DNA of 64,000 nucleotides from Marinicella sp. Lineage in GTDB: Bacteria; Pseudomonadota; Gammaproteobacteria; Xanthomonadales; Marinicellaceae. The stretch is from the NCBI GenBank assembly GCA_965230295.1, contig OZ246001.1, positions 3,552,001-3,616,000 on the forward strand, in the 5' to 3' direction. The position numbers and the translations under genes were made by a program. The notes below the pieces were generated by a model. The model saw only the letters and a list, made by a program, of their open reading frames with translations, was not told the DNA's origin and searched no databases. This document shows positions 61,601 through 64,000 of this stretch, one piece after another (the stretch's first letter is position 1; every line of letters begins with the position of its first letter).

Positions 61601-62034
61601 AACAGTTCACGCCATCGGTGCAAGTCAAATTGGTCACCGACTTTTACATTCAGACTGCGACCTAAGATAAAATCTTTATTGGGCAGTTTCTGCATCAGGT
61701 TTTGCGCTGGCATCACCACCACGGCGTTTTGTTTAACACGGCTGATATCAGCCAAAAACTTCATCCGCTCCGAGATGATTTCCGGGTTGGGTGAAAAGAC
61801 ATCATAGGGCAGGGTATCCCAAACCGGAAAGTGCAGCACTTTGATGTCATCATGATCCGCACACAGTTTGATTTCTCGTTCCAGTACCCGTGAGTGGTGA
61901 ACTGAATCAGTTAATACCACCAACAAGCCAGGATGTCGTTGGTGAAATTCATGAATGGCCAATGGCAGGGCCAAACCTTTTAAGTTAAACCAATTATGAT
62001 TGTTGTTGTGGTTAATGGATGGGGGAAAAATCAC
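58618..62034 (-). CDS. mfd: Transcription-repair coupling factor
   Basis: DTLPYDVFSP, VHIDHGVGRY, CGDVGFGKTE, DEEHRFGV, TATPIPRTL, QLHQLRGRVGRS, DMEIRG.GELLG. Confidence 0.98.
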   Translation of the reverse strand: MIFPPSINHNNNHNWFNLKGLALPLAIHEFHQRHPGLLVVLTDSVHHSRVLEREIKLCADHDDIKVLHFPVWDTLPYDVFSPNPEIISERMKFLADISRVKQNAVVVMPAQNLMQKLPNKDFILGRSLNVKVGDQFDLHRWRELFERNGYIHVNEVREAGEFVVRGGVLDLYPMGGHNAYRIELFDDEIDSIRIFDTETQLTIRETNKIQVMPANEFPFDDPARELFLSRFREWFDVDTRKNTLYQDVRKSIKFSGIEQYLPMFHREVADIFDYIPEDAVFIHCQKTLPVLQTWQKQIKARYEERRHDLQRPILAPEELYLDAVTAFKDITAFQNIWVNQDSENTADCIDLSSQLPPRFNADVHENMVAFCDQVPHRMLVTADSPGRQDLIIGKLKSCHKRFKTFPDIQSFLQSNDPRGICIAPIEQGVWLKSLQVAILDEGCLFGQRVTRNQKVKKYKANPEDIISNLTDLHLDSPIVHIDHGVGRYRGLKMMDYDGEAEYLEVEYFGGDKLFVPVSSLHLVSRYSGASEENAPWHKLGSDVWEKAKQKAAKKVKDVAAELLSLYAQREAAGGQAMTVDAEEFAQFCDGFPFDETEDQQNAIQAVIRDMQAKTHMDRVICGDVGFGKTEIALRAAFVAANEGKQVVLLVPTTLLAQQHYDNFADRFADFPIKVSLLSRFVNNTDTKEILAACESGQADIVIGTHKLIQKGIKFKNLGLVIIDEEHRFGVKQKDRLKQLKADVDFLTLTATPIPRTLNSALSGLRDLSIIATPPKARLSVKTQVMEWQNSIINEACTREIQRGGQVYFLHNEVQTIEQMAESIQKINPSARVRVAHGQMHEKELQAVMVDFYKQRFNILVCTTIIESGIDVPSANTIIINRADKLGLAQLHQLRGRVGRSHHKAFAYMIIPSWKGISKDAKKRLEAIESLEDLGAGFTLATHDMEIRGSGELLGEEQSGQIQSIGFSLYCDMLERAVQALKNGEEIDILEDPYDHIDVELNIPALIPEDYMFDVYTRLTFYKRMNNFKQPADLDDIKVELIDRFGPLPEQAQNLFHVLKIKHKAKSLNIKSIVMNEDFADLKFNEQSPTFYAKLIQLIQKKPDTFKPLPNDGLRYSGEFLNAAERIDAIHYLFDILHT

Positions 62035-62176
62035 AGAGACAGCGGCTGATCAAAGGCATGCATTGTAACAGTTTATAGCTGTCAGTCACAGTTGGAAACG
62101 TTGGTAAATCTCTTGAATTTTTGTGTTGTTTACTTATCTATTTTTATCAGCAGACAATCAAAAAAGAAAGCAATGA

Positions 62177-62892
62177 TCATTGCGAGGGAGGAACGACCGC
62201 GGCAATCCACAAATAAGGAATGTTCTTGGGGCTCCATTCACTTTTGTTTCAGACAAAAGTGAAAACGACCGCGGCGAACATGACATGCTACCTCACGCAC
62301 TTCGCCTCTGATTCGCAAAGCTCACCAACCGGCTCGGCGGGTCAAGCTGCTCAGCAGCTTTCCAGTTATGGAATCTCCTTTGTGATAATAGTCTATATAG
62401 ATAACAAACCATTGGAGCAAGAAAATAAATTGGAGAACTGGTCATCAGTTCGACCGGCGCACTCGGTTAGGCAGGCTATGAAGTAATTGCGGTTTTGCAG
62501 AGCAAAGAAGTAATTACGTAATGGCCGATCAGCCGTGAAGTGAAACTGGTCGCTTCCGCATCCTGCTAGCGCGACAGACCTACATCCATATAGGCCAGTC
62601 AGAGGGGGCAAGAGCAGGCAATGAAAGTATGGCGGTTTGGCGTTAAGCCAAGAAGCCTTACTTGAATACCGTAGCTCGTCCGAAGTAGAGAGATATGCTC
62701 GCCGAGGTCGCTTTCATTTTTATCGGTAACAAAAATGAATGAAGACCCAAGGGCATCCCTATTAAAGTAATTATGGTGGTGTTAAAAAGAAATATTTAAC
62801 CACAGTCATCTAATCAACATCACAACTGAGTAATGAGATTGCCACAGCCTACACTCAACTCGATTGGGTGTCGCTTTGCTCCTCGCAATGAC
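62177..62892. mobile_element. Non-coding composite element bracketed by inverted REP-like arms (REPIN/MITE-like)
   Basis: Left arm 62177-62207 is the reverse complement of 3058-3088. Right arm 62835-62892 is the reverse complement of 3001-3034 with a 24-nt insert and 2 substitutions. Interior contains the 113-bp repeat and long hairpins. Confidence 0.6.
62252..62364 (+). repeat. 113-bp dispersed intergenic repeat, copy 2
   Basis: Matches 3405..3517 with 5 mismatches. Confidence 0.92.
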
Positions 62893-63018
62893 AGTGTGTT
62901 TTTTGCATCAATTATTTGCATTGGGCTCCATAAACCAGTAAAATTCGCGAACTTTTCCTTGCTGCACTGGTGATTTTGTCCACCGGGTGGCATATTTTTA
63001 AACCGAAAGGAGTTACAA

Positions 63019-63489
63019 ATGAGACATTACGAAATTGTCATGTTGGTTCATCCGGACCAATCTGAGCAGTTACCTGCGATGATCGAAAGATACAGCGGCA
63101 TGGTAACCAATGGCGGTGGTACCGTTCACCGTTCAGAAGACTGGGGTCGTCGCCAGTTGGCTTATTCTATTGAACGTTTACACAAAGCTCATTATTACTT
63201 GTTGAACATCGAATGTGGTCAAGAAGTGATTGATGAGATTGTTGATGCATTCCGTTTTAATGATGCCATCTTAAGACACATGGTTTTGGGTCGCAAAGAA
63301 GCCGATACAGCTGATTCACCTTTGAAGAAAGTAGAAGATGAAAAAGCCAAGAAAGTGACTGAAGAAGAAGTCAAGGCCGTTGAAGCCAAAGAAGCTGAAG
63401 CCAAAGAAGAAGCGGCTAAAGAAGCCGCTGCTAAAGAAGCTGAAGCTGCCAAAGAAAAAGAAACTGCAGAAGCAGCTGAACAGGAGTAA
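63019..63489 (+). CDS. rpsF: 30S ribosomal protein S6 with long acidic C-terminal tail
   Basis: [33 protein letters not shown]; AGGAG RBS. Confidence 0.98.
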   Translation: MRHYEIVMLVHPDQSEQLPAMIERYSGMVTNGGGTVHRSEDWGRRQLAYSIERLHKAHYYLLNIECGQEVIDEIVDAFRFNDAILRHMVLGRKEADTADSPLKKVEDEKAKKVTEEEVKAVEAKEAEAKEEAAKEAAAKEAEAAKEKETAEAAEQE

Positions 63490-63494
63490 TTACC

Positions 63495-63749
63495 ATGGCT
63501 AAACCACAAAGAAGAAGACGCCCAGCACAACGCATCATCAGTCGCAACTGTAAGTTCACTGCTGCCGGCATCAAAGAAGTCGATTACAAAGACTTGGACA
63601 TGTTAAAACAGTTCATCACTGAAACTGGCAAAATCATCCCTAGTCGCATCACTGGTACCAAAGCCAAATACCAAAGACAATTGTCAACGGCTGTTAAACG
63701 TGCCCGTTACCTGGCTTTAGTGCCTTACTGTGACCAACACGGCAAATAA
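63495..63749 (+). CDS. rpsR: 30S ribosomal protein S18
   Basis: [40 protein letters not shown]. Confidence 0.98.
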   Translation: MAKPQRRRRPAQRIISRNCKFTAAGIKEVDYKDLDMLKQFITETGKIIPSRITGTKAKYQRQLSTAVKRARYLALVPYCDQHGK

Positions 63750-63760
63750 AGGAGTCAATC

Positions 63761-64000
63761 ATGCAAGTTATTTTATTGAACAGAGTACAAAACCTGGGTG
63801 ATTTGGGTGAAATCGTTAAAGTAAAAAACGGTTACGCCAGAAATTACTTGATTCCACAAAAACTGGCTTCACGTGCCACTGAAGAAAACATCAAAGCGTT
63901 TGAAGCACAAAAAGCTGAGTTGGTTGCCAAAGCCAAAGAGTCTATGGCTGCTGCACAAGCGCGTGCTGAGTCAATCAACGGCTTGAGCTTAACTGTCACT
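63761..64000 (+). CDS. rplI: 50S ribosomal protein L9 (partial, runs off window)
   Basis: AGGAG RBS; [33 protein letters not shown]. Confidence 0.97.
   Translation, partial: MQVILLNRVQNLGDLGEIVKVKNGYARNYLIPQKLASRATEENIKAFEAQKAELVAKAKESMAAAQARAESINGLSLTVT

Noticed and set aside
62220-62611. 88-aa and 72-aa ORFs between mfd and rpsF (transposase or intron-encoded remnants?)
   Set aside because: No transposase or RT motifs; they overlap repeat and hairpin DNA.
63360-63480. Short tandem repeats resembling an array
   Set aside because: In-frame low-complexity coding sequence of the S6 tail; no repeat-spacer structure and no cas genes, so not CRISPR.

Overview
This is a core-chromosome segment of a moderately AT-rich gammaproteobacterium. 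The gene order (etfBA next to rmlBACD-manC, rpsF-rpsR-rplI without priB) and DxIFxxGF(E/D)-type tags on secreted proteins suggest a marine Xanthomonadales relative such as Marinicella (inference). Most of the window is housekeeping: cytochromes c, murB, pyrD, etfBA, rml/manC, cysQ, msrPQ, serC, cysK-cysG/cysB, metJ, trpS, pepP, selO, an RND pump, tricorn protease, fabI, mfd and r-proteins. No rRNA, canonical tRNA, CRISPR array or transposase is visible. The standout is a candidate translation-stress operon at about 50165-53032. It starts with a 10-codon leader ORF (MQNKYTRKMS) followed by four alternative helices ending in an intrinsic terminator, consistent with a ribosome-sensing attenuator. 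Then come rtcB, an uncharacterised 320-aa protein and an unannotated 55-aa very basic ORF with an intrinsic terminator upstream of its own stop codon, the nonstop-mRNA design of ArfA/BrfA-type ribosome-rescue factors. Other observations: two mosaic intergenic regions (about 3.0-3.5 kb and 62.2-62.9 kb) sharing REP-like arms and a 113-bp module; tandem Met boxes in the cysB/cysG promoter; a frameshifted lipase with an intact foldase; a probably leaderless TetR gene; and a TPR membrane sensor beside two orphan secreted proteins. All calls come from reading motifs by eye; no database search or folding program was run.
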